A stretch of DNA of 64,000 nt from positions 89,185 through 153,184 of the IMG/VR virus record IMGVR_UViG_3300022723_000207; one strand, 5' to 3'. Under the pieces are notes generated by a model that saw only the letters and a list, made by a program, of their open reading frames with translations, ran no database searches and was not told the DNA's origin. This stretch comes from a virus. Positions within the stretch are counted from its first letter, which is position 1; each line of letters begins with the position of its first letter. A program made the translations under genes and the position numbers. Below are positions 9,429 to 18,956 of the stretch, piece by piece.

Positions 9429-10385
9429 TCATTTTAAGAATTCTTCTAAGCGATCCCATTTTCGATTTAATAACTTGTATTTGTATGTTATTAGTATTTT
9501 GTATAGTTTTATAGCGTCAGATCCAGCAATTTCGTATGCGGCATAATACTTTGATCTTGGTTTTGTATAGATTTTGCGTGGTGGAATATTAAATTGTGTT
9601 ATGCGTTCTCTAAGCCATTCAATTAGTACTTGAGACCCACTGCATATTCTGACACGTGGAACTTTGCGTATTGTTTTGCGTGATTTTAGATTTAAGATGC
9701 CAATTGATCCATCTCCTTCTATGAATCCTATGAGAAATTGGCAAAATTGATCGTCAGATAAATGCTGTAGGTTTGATGTAATCTTGAATTCATATGTTTT
9801 GTTTGGAATTAAACCCCATGTTTCTAATTCCATGGCGACATGACGTGGAATCGATAAGTCTAATCTATTACAATTATTTTTCTTAACAACATGTATTTTT
9901 TGTTGCGGATAGATAATATCTCTAAAGAATTCTAAAATATGATTGTCATTTCTGTGGACTGTTAATATTGCTGATACTCCTCTATTGCGGTTATCTCGGC
10001 GTTTGTGATATATGCAACCATCAGCCAACATCCATCCAAGCCAGTAGAAAAACAGCTGTTGTTTAACATTAATAAAAGACCAGTCGCCTTTATTTTGTGG
10101 TGCTGTAATGGTGCTTATGCCATTTCTTTTCAATAATTCTGACATTCCCGTAATTGAATATCCATGTTCAGAAGCTAGTTTTGTAACGGAGATTCCTTCA
10201 TTGAATTGCTTAAGTATTTTATCTAAAGAACCGGTTTTAATGTGCGAGGAAGAATTGGATCTACATGATACTCCCATTTTGTGTAAGTGCTTATAAATGA
10301 CCGGTGGTGTAACATGTGAAAGGCGTGCTATGGCATACGCTGACAATCCATTATTGTATGCTTCTATCCACTCGGCTTTATTCAT
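9429..10385 (-). CDS. free-standing LAGLIDADG homing endonuclease with N-terminal HTH repeats
   Basis: YWLGWMLADGCI and FLIGFIEGDGSI motifs. Confidence 0.88.
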   Translation of the reverse strand: MNKAEWIEAYNNGLSAYAIARLSHVTPPVIYKHLHKMGVSCRSNSSSHIKTGSLDKILKQFNEGISVTKLASEHGYSITGMSELLKRNGISTITAPQNKGDWSFINVKQQLFFYWLGWMLADGCIYHKRRDNRNRGVSAILTVHRNDNHILEFFRDIIYPQQKIHVVKKNNCNRLDLSIPRHVAMELETWGLIPNKTYEFKITSNLQHLSDDQFCQFLIGFIEGDGSIGILNLKSRKTIRKVPRVRICSGSQVLIEWLRERITQFNIPPRKIYTKPRSKYYAAYEIAGSDAIKLYKILITYKYKLLNRKWDRLEEFLK

Positions 10386-10411
10386 ATATTATTTTGATGG
10401 AGGTGTGTTGC

Positions 10412-11128
10412 ATGGGAAACGGATTTCAAATATGCATAGAAGGTTGTGATGGCAGTGGCAAAAGTGCAATAGTAATTGAATTGGCAAAATGGATAGCCAA
10501 TGAGATTGGTATTAAGACAATCAATACTAGACACCCTGGATCTACCTTGCTTGGTGCAGAGTTACGACGAATCATAGCTGATCGAGAACTTGGTGTTGAT
10601 CATCAAGCGCGAGCTTTGTTATTTGCTGCGGATAATGCAGCATATATTTCAACAATTTTGATACCAAAAATGAAAGACGATTATTGTGTGGTTGCAGATC
10701 GCAACAATTTTATAAGTAGCTTCGCTTATCAAATTGCTGATGGGTGTTCATTAGATATTCTTAAAAAAATTCATAGTGCTACTTACAATCTTGATTTGGT
10801 ACCAAAAATAGACATTCTGTTTATTCTTCGTGTATCTTATGAGACTGCCGTAAATAGACGAGAAGAAAGATCGTCAATTGAAAAGGCTGAACATTTTGAG
10901 AAAAAAATGATGTCTCATAGTTTTTTTAATAGGGTTTCTTGTGCTTATGATGATTTACCGAACCACTTAGAATGGCTTTTAAAATTTGTTAAGGCTAAAG
11001 GTGATACCCCACATATTGTGTATATTGATGCTAATAGAACATTTGATATTGTGTTGCATGATGTTAAAGAGGCAATTAGACCATTATTGAAGAACTTAAT
11101 AAACACGGGACGGCCTGATGGCAGCTGA
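10412..11128 (+). CDS. tmk: thymidylate (dTMP) kinase
   Basis: IEGCDGSGKS P-loop, TRHPG, LLFAAD, VVADR, SSFAYQ; GGAGG SD before ATG 10412. Confidence 0.9.
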   Translation: MGNGFQICIEGCDGSGKSAIVIELAKWIANEIGIKTINTRHPGSTLLGAELRRIIADRELGVDHQARALLFAADNAAYISTILIPKMKDDYCVVADRNNFISSFAYQIADGCSLDILKKIHSATYNLDLVPKIDILFILRVSYETAVNRREERSSIEKAEHFEKKMMSHSFFNRVSCAYDDLPNHLEWLLKFVKAKGDTPHIVYIDANRTFDIVLHDVKEAIRPLLKNLINTGRPDGS

Positions 11129-11786
11129 AATTTTAGGTAAAATCAATAAAGAGTTATCAGAAGAAAACTCTAAGTTACAAAACAGAAATGATAAACTTGA
11201 GATAGAAAATGAAGAATTGAGAATCTTATTGGCAGAGTTTGGTGATGGTAAAGTCATACCATTAACTAAAACAGATCCTGTCAGGCAGATTGCAGCCCTA
11301 AGACATAGAATAAAATCTCTTGAAGATAGACTTTCGAAATATGAAAGTGTTACTGCCACTGAAAAATATGGCAGTATTAAGAATCATCATCTAACAGATT
11401 TAATTAATAGAATCAATAAACGTAAAGAAGAAGTATTGAATTCAAAATCAGAGCCAGAACTGGAATTTGAGCTAAATCGAGAAGATGAGGTTACAGCAGA
11501 ACCCAAAGAAGAGACGAATTCTTATAGGCCACAAGATGCCACTCAGAAAATTGATCGACCACTTGAACCGAAAAGAAGGATGAAAGCGGAAGAAGTGTTA
11601 GATATTATTTGTGACTTTGTTGATGGGAAAAAGCCAATGCACCGTGCGCAGATAATGGATGGGACTGGGCTGTCAGAAAGTCAAGTTAGTAAGACCATAA
11701 ATAAGTACCCAGATTTATTTAATGGTGAAAAAGATCCTAAGAATCGAAGGAGAATATTATATAAATACGTAGGCCCAGTATCTTAA
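11118..11786 (+). CDS. coiled-coil protein with probable C-terminal winged HTH
   Basis: heptad-rich N-terminus; RAQIMDGTGLSESQVSKTI. Confidence 0.55.
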   Translation: MAAEILGKINKELSEENSKLQNRNDKLEIENEELRILLAEFGDGKVIPLTKTDPVRQIAALRHRIKSLEDRLSKYESVTATEKYGSIKNHHLTDLINRINKRKEEVLNSKSEPELEFELNREDEVTAEPKEETNSYRPQDATQKIDRPLEPKRRMKAEEVLDIICDFVDGKKPMHRAQIMDGTGLSESQVSKTINKYPDLFNGEKDPKNRRRILYKYVGPVS

Positions 11787-11831
11787 TAGAATGCTTGGTT
11801 CAAATATATTACAAGAACCAAGGAGAATAAT

Positions 11832-12413
11832 ATGGCTAATATTGGACAAATGGTTGGTAACTCGATCAATGCTTTACCGCTTGATCGCATGTTTAAAGCC
11901 CCAGCTTTGGCCATGGCCGATACTCAGAAGCAATTGTCTTATAATTATATGGAATGGGTCAAGGCAGTTGGTCTTGATGAAAATGGCAATGTTGTGATGG
12001 TCACTGCTGAATATGACGAAGATATAGTTGATGAGCAAGGTAATGTCACAAATACTGTTAAAAAGAAACTGGCTGTCCCTTTACTTTCCATTTTGACTCA
12101 TCCTAATGTTAATGTTCAAGAGGGTAGTGTTGAATTTGAAATGACTATCCAATCTTCTGAAGAATCTACTTCAGAATCTGAAGCAGAGGGTAGTTTTCAA
12201 GCTAAAGCTGGCTGGGGTCCGTTCTCAGTTAAGATTTCTGGTCGTGCTAGTCATAAGTCTTCTCAGACACGTAAAACTGATACTCGCGCTCGTTATGCTG
12301 TTAATATGAAGATCGCTAAAGATGATGCCCCAGAAGGTATGATGCAATTTATGGAAATGATTCAACAGGCTGTGACTCAGCCAAAAGTTGCTGCATCTGC
12401 TCCTAGTAACTAA
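11832..12413 (+). CDS. DUF2589-family protein
   Basis: LPLDRMFKAP, VPLLSIL, AGWGPFSVKISG, RKTDTRARY, PEGM; AGGAG SD. Confidence 0.8.
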   Translation: MANIGQMVGNSINALPLDRMFKAPALAMADTQKQLSYNYMEWVKAVGLDENGNVVMVTAEYDEDIVDEQGNVTNTVKKKLAVPLLSILTHPNVNVQEGSVEFEMTIQSSEESTSESEAEGSFQAKAGWGPFSVKISGRASHKSSQTRKTDTRARYAVNMKIAKDDAPEGMMQFMEMIQQAVTQPKVAASAPSN

Positions 12414-12416
12414 TGC

Positions 12417-13208
12417 ATGAGTATTTTTAACCCTCTGACTTGGTTTGGTAAGAAGAAACCCAAGTCAGAGGGCTCTTCAGTTAAATGTGAAACTCCAGAT
12501 GCTACAGATAATGCATATCTTGAAAAACGCCCTTCTAAATCAAGTGGAGAGGGGCAGACTTTATCTGATATTGTTCGTGGTATAGCACATGCAGCAGGTG
12601 CAGCCAATGAAATCCAAGATAGACAGTTTATTCAGCAAGTTGATCATTATTTTCATAAAGAAGAAGATGGTACTTTAGTTCCTAAAGTTGTCCGTTGTAA
12701 AATTGATGACACCACATATATCGAAGTTCCGTTGATATCCATGATTGATCCTTCTACCTTAGGGCTAGAAGAAATGGATGTCAGAATGGGAGTTAGACTG
12801 TCTCGGTCTGAAATTAAAAAGCATCTTCATGACGCTAATAAAGAAAAAGAAGTATCACGATGTAGTTTTAATGTTTCTTTAACTAGCTCTAAGCCAGGTG
12901 ATCGTCAAGATGTTATTGATGTGACGATGAAATTTAAGAAGACTGAGCCAGCTGAGGGATCTGCTCGATTAGTCGAAGAGATGAATGGATTGGTTCATCC
13001 CCATAAATATGGTGAAGACACGTCTGAACCTAGCCAATATACTAATGTATTTACATCACGTCAGGTGAGGGCCTCTATTGATAATGGCGGGTCTGATAGT
13101 TTTGAACCACATGACCATAATTTAGATGATTCAGACGAAGGTTTAAAACCTAAGTCGTCTGATTCCCCATCATCAGAATCATCTGAATCAGATGAATCCT
13201 CTTCATAA
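12417..13208 (+). CDS. DUF2589-family protein (second paralog) with Ser-rich tail
   Basis: LSDIVRGIAHAA, IEVPLISMIDPSTLGLEEMDV, PAEGSARL. Confidence 0.75.
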   Translation: MSIFNPLTWFGKKKPKSEGSSVKCETPDATDNAYLEKRPSKSSGEGQTLSDIVRGIAHAAGAANEIQDRQFIQQVDHYFHKEEDGTLVPKVVRCKIDDTTYIEVPLISMIDPSTLGLEEMDVRMGVRLSRSEIKKHLHDANKEKEVSRCSFNVSLTSSKPGDRQDVIDVTMKFKKTEPAEGSARLVEEMNGLVHPHKYGEDTSEPSQYTNVFTSRQVRASIDNGGSDSFEPHDHNLDDSDEGLKPKSSDSPSSESSESDESSS

Positions 13209-13218
13209 AATATAAGAT

Positions 13219-13623
13219 ATGTTAAAGATTGAAAGAATCATAACTGACAATTCTTTCAGTTATGATGATGTTGAATTTATGGATTTCGATGAAGATCAGA
13301 AAGCTGCTGGTATTGGAAAGTATATTACTGATAAGTTTCTTAAGCAGATTGTTATTCGCACCAAGGATGGCGAGACTAAAATTATTACGGACTGGATGGT
13401 GGGGGTCCTGCAAATTCGAAAGATGAAAGCTAGAACCGGTCTTGAAAAGGTGACTAGATTAGTCATCAACGGTGAGATATCTTATGGCCCAGTATTTTTA
13501 ATACCTATATCGTCTTACAAAAGATTGGAAGTACCAAGAGTATTTGAACATCAACTGTCTTTTATTGCAGATGGTTGGTTATATGTGTGTCACCAAGTAT
13601 CGCTTATCGAAATAACTATGTAG
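13219..13623 (+). CDS. hypothetical protein
   Basis: AAATATA-N4-ATG upstream. Confidence 0.55.
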   Translation: MLKIERIITDNSFSYDDVEFMDFDEDQKAAGIGKYITDKFLKQIVIRTKDGETKIITDWMVGVLQIRKMKARTGLEKVTRLVINGEISYGPVFLIPISSYKRLEVPRVFEHQLSFIADGWLYVCHQVSLIEITM

Positions 13624-13651
13624 CGTATTTTATCTCTACTAGGAGATAAAA

Positions 13652-13936
13652 ATGATCGCAGAACCACAGCGTAAAACAGCGCGTTTGAGCAATATTGCTG
13701 AAAATGCCAAAAAGGCTAAGCAATTTCAGCGTACAGATTATGGTGGTAAAAATCAAATCGAAGCATTATATCAATTTATTGAAGAAGAAGTGGAGTCTAA
13801 GGGCGGCAAGCTAGGTCAAAATACTAAATATTTGGTGGCTAAAGCGTTGCAAAAGCTAGCTGCTAAACAAGTTGCCTCTTGCCGTAAGCGAACTGATGGC
13901 CCCCTTAATGAGATTATCCGCTTAGCAGGTGGCTGA
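13652..13936 (+). CDS. hypothetical basic protein
   Basis: AGGAG SD. Confidence 0.6.
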   Translation: MIAEPQRKTARLSNIAENAKKAKQFQRTDYGGKNQIEALYQFIEEEVESKGGKLGQNTKYLVAKALQKLAAKQVASCRKRTDGPLNEIIRLAGG

Positions 13937-13998
13937 CATAATTTACTAACAATTGTTTTTTTGTATAAACTGATTTAGACGTATTGAAGGAGCGCAGT

Positions 13999-15558
13999 AT
14001 GACAACTGCATTGGTTCAGTCGCTTGTGTATCTTGATAATGGCCAATTGAAAATTGTGCCGGATGCTAAGAAGGCTGTTAAAAAGGCAGTTCTAGCATTC
14101 TTGGATATGTCCAGTACGGCTACTGGACAGAAGACTCATTACAATAAGCGGTCCGAACAAATCGCAGCCATGGAAGATATTCATAACGCTGTGTTTGAGG
14201 TCAATCGTGGATTGTACCTCGCCATGCTGGCTTTACCTGGTGTATTGGATATTTCCATCCAGCAAGGTATCACCCGTCTTCTTGGTGACAAGAATGGCGC
14301 ATCACTTCTATCTTCCAACGAAGAAGCGGAGCTGATCAAGATTTTGTCTGGTCGTTTGAAGGCTGACCGTCTTTTGAAGATGCTGGGCATGATCTGTGAC
14401 CAGAAGATTAACCGCCGTAGCGTTAGGACTTTTATTCTTGTGTCTGTTCTGGCGCACAGGAATCTGCCTTGGTGGGCTGTTAAGTATCGCCGCCATTTGC
14501 TGAAGGCTCTCAAGCATGCTTGGGGTTCTAAGTACGCTATGGTTGTAGCGCGTGTTCTGGCTGGTGGTATTGACAATGCTACCGCTCGTGATGCAGCGTT
14601 GGTTCGCAAGCTAGTTGATCGTTATGCTGTTCATTCTTCTTGTCCGAAGAGTGATATCTATGAGTCAATCTGCTATGTTTTCGGCAAGGATATTCCGTTC
14701 AAGAATGATGTGCTGAAGGCGCGGGTGGCCGCTCGTGATGACCTGTCTGCTGGTAAGGTTCTTCCTAAGGAAGTACTTGAAGGTATTCGTGGGCGTTTCC
14801 ATAAGCGGGTAAGTAAGGATCGCATTCTTGAGTTGACTAAGGACACGATGACTGATAAGCAGAAGCTGCGTAGCCAGCGGTCTGCCAAGAAGGCTGAAGT
14901 CGAGATGAAGTTTGATGCTTCTAAGCTCGATGCGGTTTCTTTATATGTCCATGCTCTAGAAGAGGGTATGGATGAGGATTCTCGTGCTGCTCTTGATGAA
15001 AAGGCTTCTCGGGTTGCTAGTGGTTTTCCCTTGCGGTATCAGAAGGCGTCGATTGTACTCGATACTTCACTCTCTATGTCTGGAACTGATCACAATAAGA
15101 ATCGCCCTCTGGCGATTTCCTTGGCAATGAAAGACGTACTTGTTGAGGCCAGTGATTCCAGCGAAGTGTTCTGCACTGAAGGGGAGCTTGACCGCAAGGG
15201 GCTTATTAAAGCTTCTGGTGACACCTCTCTTGCTAAGGCTGTGGCCAAAGCATTTATGACTGAACCAGATGTTGTGTTCTTGATTACCGATGGGTATGAG
15301 AATGCTCCTGCTGGTCGCGTCCATGAAGTCATTTCTGCAGCGCGTAGGCTGGGTATCGAAACTCCAGTTTATCAGTTCAGCCCGGTCATGGCTTCAGAAG
15401 CTGCTGGTATTCGTAGTCTTTCTGATCATGTGTCGGCCTTGCCTGTCTCCACACCAGAAGGTATTGGACTGTCATTAATTCGTGTGGCTATTGAGCAGGA
15501 TACAGAGCGTGGTCTACAAGCTCTGTTGAATGCAACTGTACCGCGTTTGTCGGCTTAA
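13999..15558 (+). CDS. divergent TROVE/Ro60-like helical protein with C-terminal vWA (MIDAS) domain
   Basis: VLDTSLSMSG (DxSxS), GDT, FLITDGYEN form a MIDAS; basic helical N-terminal ~350 aa; ~520 aa like Ro60; AAGGAG SD before ATG 13999. Confidence 0.7.
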   Translation: MTTALVQSLVYLDNGQLKIVPDAKKAVKKAVLAFLDMSSTATGQKTHYNKRSEQIAAMEDIHNAVFEVNRGLYLAMLALPGVLDISIQQGITRLLGDKNGASLLSSNEEAELIKILSGRLKADRLLKMLGMICDQKINRRSVRTFILVSVLAHRNLPWWAVKYRRHLLKALKHAWGSKYAMVVARVLAGGIDNATARDAALVRKLVDRYAVHSSCPKSDIYESICYVFGKDIPFKNDVLKARVAARDDLSAGKVLPKEVLEGIRGRFHKRVSKDRILELTKDTMTDKQKLRSQRSAKKAEVEMKFDASKLDAVSLYVHALEEGMDEDSRAALDEKASRVASGFPLRYQKASIVLDTSLSMSGTDHNKNRPLAISLAMKDVLVEASDSSEVFCTEGELDRKGLIKASGDTSLAKAVAKAFMTEPDVVFLITDGYENAPAGRVHEVISAARRLGIETPVYQFSPVMASEAAGIRSLSDHVSALPVSTPEGIGLSLIRVAIEQDTERGLQALLNATVPRLSA

Positions 15559-15568
15559 GGAGGTTGAC

Positions 15569-16588
15569 ATGGCTAAAATCGCAATCTCTAACATCATCCG
15601 TGGCTGTCGCCCCGGTCGTATTCAGTCAGTTGGTTATATGCAGGTTATTCCGCTCATTAGCGATATGACTGATGACCGTTTCGTATCTCCTGAGCAGGGA
15701 TCTGAGATCTCCACTAGTGATTATGGATCAATGGTATTCAAGAATAAGACCCAGAATATCATGATTGTTCCATCTGAAGCAACGTATGTCCATAAGGGTC
15801 AGAAAGCCCAGGACCATGCGATGACTCATGCTGGTTTGGTGAAGAAGAAGGCTCAGAAGACCTTTAGAACTGCGGCTTGCGTGCAGCAGTCACAGGGTGG
15901 ATATTTGAACATTAAGGATAGTGGCCACATGTCTATCCTTCCGTTCCCACTTCGTGAGGAAGCCGCTAAGGTTCGTCAGAAGTCTGAATATAGTAAACTC
16001 TGGCCAGCCATCACCAAGCTGAACCAGGAGATGGGGCTTCGTAGTTACGGCCATCTTGAGTACTTCTATGATCACTTCCGTAAGGAATTAGATCACTTCG
16101 TAGCTGAGTTCGAGCTTGTCTCTAATCAGATTGGTGCAATAGTTCTTATCAATGGCAAAATTGTTGGTATTGAGCGCACCCCCAACTACGAATATTGGAA
16201 GTCAATCTGGCCAGCTCTTATTCGTGAGTGCTATGGTAGCTTGGCTATTATTGAGTCTAAGAAGGGGCCACCTAAGGTTCCGGACACTCGTGTTGAGATG
16301 TCTGAAGTAAACTCGTTGCAAGATCTACTTGATGCCGTGGAAGATGTTGAACAGCGTGAGTATGAGAAAGTGAAGAGTGTGGTTCAGAGTGTTTGCGAGA
16401 CAGAGATCGCTAAGACTAAGATTTCTGGCGAAGATGAAGACGGATTCCAGGTTGATTCGCTGAAAAGTGATCGATTTGTTGGTCAGGCTGTTCGTGAAGA
16501 TGAAAAGATTTTGTATGCTTCCATTGTCTGCACTCAAAAGTTCCGCAAGAATGAAGACTGGTACAGCGCTGAACAGTTCAGTATGTAA
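15569..16588 (+). CDS. ARPP-1 (DUF6569)-like protein
   Basis: IQSVGYMQVIPL, KAQDHAM, AACVQQSQGG, FVAEFE..QIGAIVLING; AAGGAGG SD; coupled to the vWA gene. Confidence 0.65.
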   Translation: MAKIAISNIIRGCRPGRIQSVGYMQVIPLISDMTDDRFVSPEQGSEISTSDYGSMVFKNKTQNIMIVPSEATYVHKGQKAQDHAMTHAGLVKKKAQKTFRTAACVQQSQGGYLNIKDSGHMSILPFPLREEAAKVRQKSEYSKLWPAITKLNQEMGLRSYGHLEYFYDHFRKELDHFVAEFELVSNQIGAIVLINGKIVGIERTPNYEYWKSIWPALIRECYGSLAIIESKKGPPKVPDTRVEMSEVNSLQDLLDAVEDVEQREYEKVKSVVQSVCETEIAKTKISGEDEDGFQVDSLKSDRFVGQAVREDEKILYASIVCTQKFRKNEDWYSAEQFSM

Positions 16589-16973
16589 TGAGTAATAAGA
16601 TTCTATCATACCTGGAGGAGTGCAATCCTGAGGCCTATCATGGACGGACTCAAGGATGCGCTGGTAGGCACTAGTTTAAACAATCATGGCAACGAGGTGG
16701 CAGCATATAGTTATGTCAAGATTATTCAGGTCCATATCGCTAATGGAATGTCTCAGGAGGAGGCTCAGGAGTGGCATAGCTACAACACTGAGCGTGCATT
16801 GCTGTATATTCCCAAGGAAAATCGTCCGATCGTCGTATTTGACGATTTTCCTTGGGAATGAGGGTGGCGGTGGATAAATAGAACTGGAGTTGAGGGTTTG
16901 GGATGACTTCCTAGAAGCATCATACTCATATGGCGGGCTTTTGGAGCCAGTTATTAAATGAAGTAAATAACAC

Positions 16974-17816
16974 ATGCAATTGATATTGAATAGGAATGAC
17001 CAGTTCTTATCGCAGGGATATCATTCTCTTAAGAGAACTCTTGAGCAGAGTGGAGAATTTAAAATTGCTAAAGCGCCGTTATTCACTATTCCAGCTAAAT
17101 ATCATCGGAAGGAAGAAGGCTTTAGTATAGCCAAGGTCAATGGCATATTAATTGCATTTGATGCCAATGGTGGATGTTATAATATTGAATCTATGTATCG
17201 TGATGGATTGTTTAAGACTGCACTTAAAGATTTGAAATTTATTATTAAAACTCAATTTCATCCGCATCGATTTTGGATTAAATTCGAAGAAGAGACTGGT
17301 ATTAAGGTGATATCGTGGATCATGTGGAGTACCCTTAATTTTCCTATGGGATGTTTTCAGTGGGACCCAAGTCGAGATTTTAAGTATATCGCTTCTTGTG
17401 CTGGTGGGCCTAACAGCAATAGAAGATGGGGTAGACCGCCGTATATTCAGTGGTGTCAGCGCGATGGATCGTTTCATAGCCAACGTGTTCATGTTTCTGA
17501 ATTTGCTCAAATAATTGAAGAATGCAAATGGGGGTTGATTTTGCAGGGTGGCAATAAACACAATTGTGACGGTAAGAATACTAGAGAAGTCGAGTTCGCT
17601 TCATGTGGCATGCCATTAGTTTTGAACTATATTCCACACTATGAATATCCATTTGTCCCTAATAAACATTTTTTGTATTTAGAAAAGCCAAATGATCTTG
17701 AAAGGCTCAAAACTGAAGATCCCAGACCCTATGCACGTGCTTCGAAAGAGTTATGGGAGAATTATCTCAAACCACAAGCAGCAGCTAAGCACTTAAAGGG
17801 GCTAATTGGTGTCTAA
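16974..17816 (+). CDS. glycosyltransferase-like protein (GT-B C-terminal domain)
   Basis: DGKNTREVEFASCGMP, PFVPNKHFL; paralog of 28090-28920. Confidence 0.65.
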   Translation: MQLILNRNDQFLSQGYHSLKRTLEQSGEFKIAKAPLFTIPAKYHRKEEGFSIAKVNGILIAFDANGGCYNIESMYRDGLFKTALKDLKFIIKTQFHPHRFWIKFEEETGIKVISWIMWSTLNFPMGCFQWDPSRDFKYIASCAGGPNSNRRWGRPPYIQWCQRDGSFHSQRVHVSEFAQIIEECKWGLILQGGNKHNCDGKNTREVEFASCGMPLVLNYIPHYEYPFVPNKHFLYLEKPNDLERLKTEDPRPYARASKELWENYLKPQAAAKHLKGLIGV

Positions 17817-18324
17817 AGTTTTTGGTATTGGTCTTCCTCGCACTGGTACGGCTAGTTTATGCGAAGCTTTGGTGATATTGGGATACCATGCTAGGCATTA
17901 TCCTAAATATGCTGATAGAGCTAAGCGATTTGATGCTTTGGTTGATACCCCTATATGTAATTGTTTTGAAAACCTGGATAAGGAATATCCGGGGTCTAAA
18001 TTTATACTCACGATGCGTAATCCGCTTAAGTGGCTTAAATCGTGTGAAAATGCTTCAAAAAGATTCAAATGGCATAATCTCAAACCTGATGGAAGATGTG
18101 GTCCTGAAGTATATCAGGCTCACATTGACTTGTTTGGCACTACTGCATATGATCAGAATGGATTCTTAGAAGGGTATTTTAAACATACTAAAAGAGTACT
18201 TGAATATTTTATGGCCAGAGAAGATTGGTTGATTTATGAAGTTAGCGAGGGGTGGGCACCTATTTGTGAATTTTTGGGCAAGCCGATACCTAAAGAGCCA
18301 TTTCCTCATCGCAATAAGAGCTAG
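17806..18324 (+). CDS. sulfotransferase-family P-loop protein
   Basis: KVFGIGLPRTGTASL, YPGSKFILTMR, GWAPICEFLG, PFPHRN. Confidence 0.85.
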   Translation: MVSKVFGIGLPRTGTASLCEALVILGYHARHYPKYADRAKRFDALVDTPICNCFENLDKEYPGSKFILTMRNPLKWLKSCENASKRFKWHNLKPDGRCGPEVYQAHIDLFGTTAYDQNGFLEGYFKHTKRVLEYFMAREDWLIYEVSEGWAPICEFLGKPIPKEPFPHRNKS

Positions 18325-18330
18325 AAATAC

Positions 18331-18359
18331 TTGACAGAACATTCCCGGATGATAAAAAT
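18331..18359 (+). promoter_or_regulatory. putative sigma70-type promoter for the ncRNA array
   Basis: perfect TTGACA at 18331; imperfect A-rich -10 at about 18353-18359. Confidence 0.5.
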
Positions 18360-18360
18360 G

Positions 18361-18435
18361 AGATAACTGGAACGCGCAAGTTAATCCCGGTCTGGATTTG
18401 ACTAACACTTTAACCTGCAATCATCCAGTTATTCT
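18361..18435 (+). ncRNA. scaffold ncRNA unit 0 (no tRNA module)
   Basis: ATAACTGGA/TCCAGTTAT stem; shared GGAAC-N6-GTTAATCCC and TTAACC-N8-TCC motifs. Confidence 0.7.
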
Positions 18436-18588
18436 TTGGCAATCAATAGCAGCAGAAACTAGGACGTCATTTCCGAATTAGCTCACTAGGTAGAGCATCA
18501 GTCTAGTAAACTGAGGGTAGTGGGTTCAATCCCCACATTCGCACCAAACACTGACCTCCATTCATTCTGCTGCGATTAATTGCCAAAG
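18434..18588 (+). ncRNA. scaffold ncRNA unit 1 with embedded unpermuted tRNA-like module (AGT loop)
   Basis: long terminal stem CTTTGGCAAT..GCAGCAGAA / TTCTGCTGC..ATTGCCAAAG enclosing a cloverleaf at 18472-18546 ending ACCA. Confidence 0.8.
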
Positions 18589-18619
18589 CAACATTGACAA
18601 TTTTATATAAGCTGCCAAC

Positions 18620-18776
18620 GATTTGCAACAAAGCAAAATCAGGAACTTGAGCGTTAATTCCGATAATTAGCTCTCTGGTAGAGCAATTGCATGCAAAGCA
18701 ATGGGTACAGGTTCAATTCCTGTATTATCACCAAAATTTAACCCTCGTCTATCCTGATTTTACTTTGTTGCAAATC
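18620..18776 (+). ncRNA. scaffold ncRNA unit 2 with embedded unpermuted tRNA-like module (GCA loop)
   Basis: ~24-bp terminal stem enclosing a cloverleaf at 18662-18733 with a 6-bp acceptor stem. Confidence 0.8.
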
Positions 18777-18777
18777 A

Positions 18778-18956
18778 ATTGAATGATAAGTATTAGGATT
18801 AGGAACTTCTGCGTTAATTCCGCATCGGTAAACACAACTGACTTTAATCAGTTCACTGTAGGTTCGAATCCTACCTCCCCCACCATATGGGGGAGTGGTG
18901 AAAATCACGCACTACTTAACCCGGTACTCTCCTAGTCCTAATACTTACCATTCAAT
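18778..18956 (+). ncRNA. scaffold ncRNA unit 3 with tRNA module circularly permuted in the D-loop
   Basis: order is 3' D strand, anticodon arm, T arm, closed acceptor CTCCCCCA-CCATA-TGGGGGAG, 5' D strand; long terminal stem. Confidence 0.8.

Noticed and set aside
10316-10411. N-terminal extension of thymidylate kinase
   Set aside because: It overlaps the divergent LAGLIDADG gene; the SD and P-loop position favour ATG 10412.
18372-18424. Variable N6/N8 positions as programmable guide loops (bridge RNA or H/ACA-like)
   Set aside because: Part of the variable sequence pairs internally as a covarying 3-bp helix, leaving only 4-5 nt unpaired per side, too short to claim guides.
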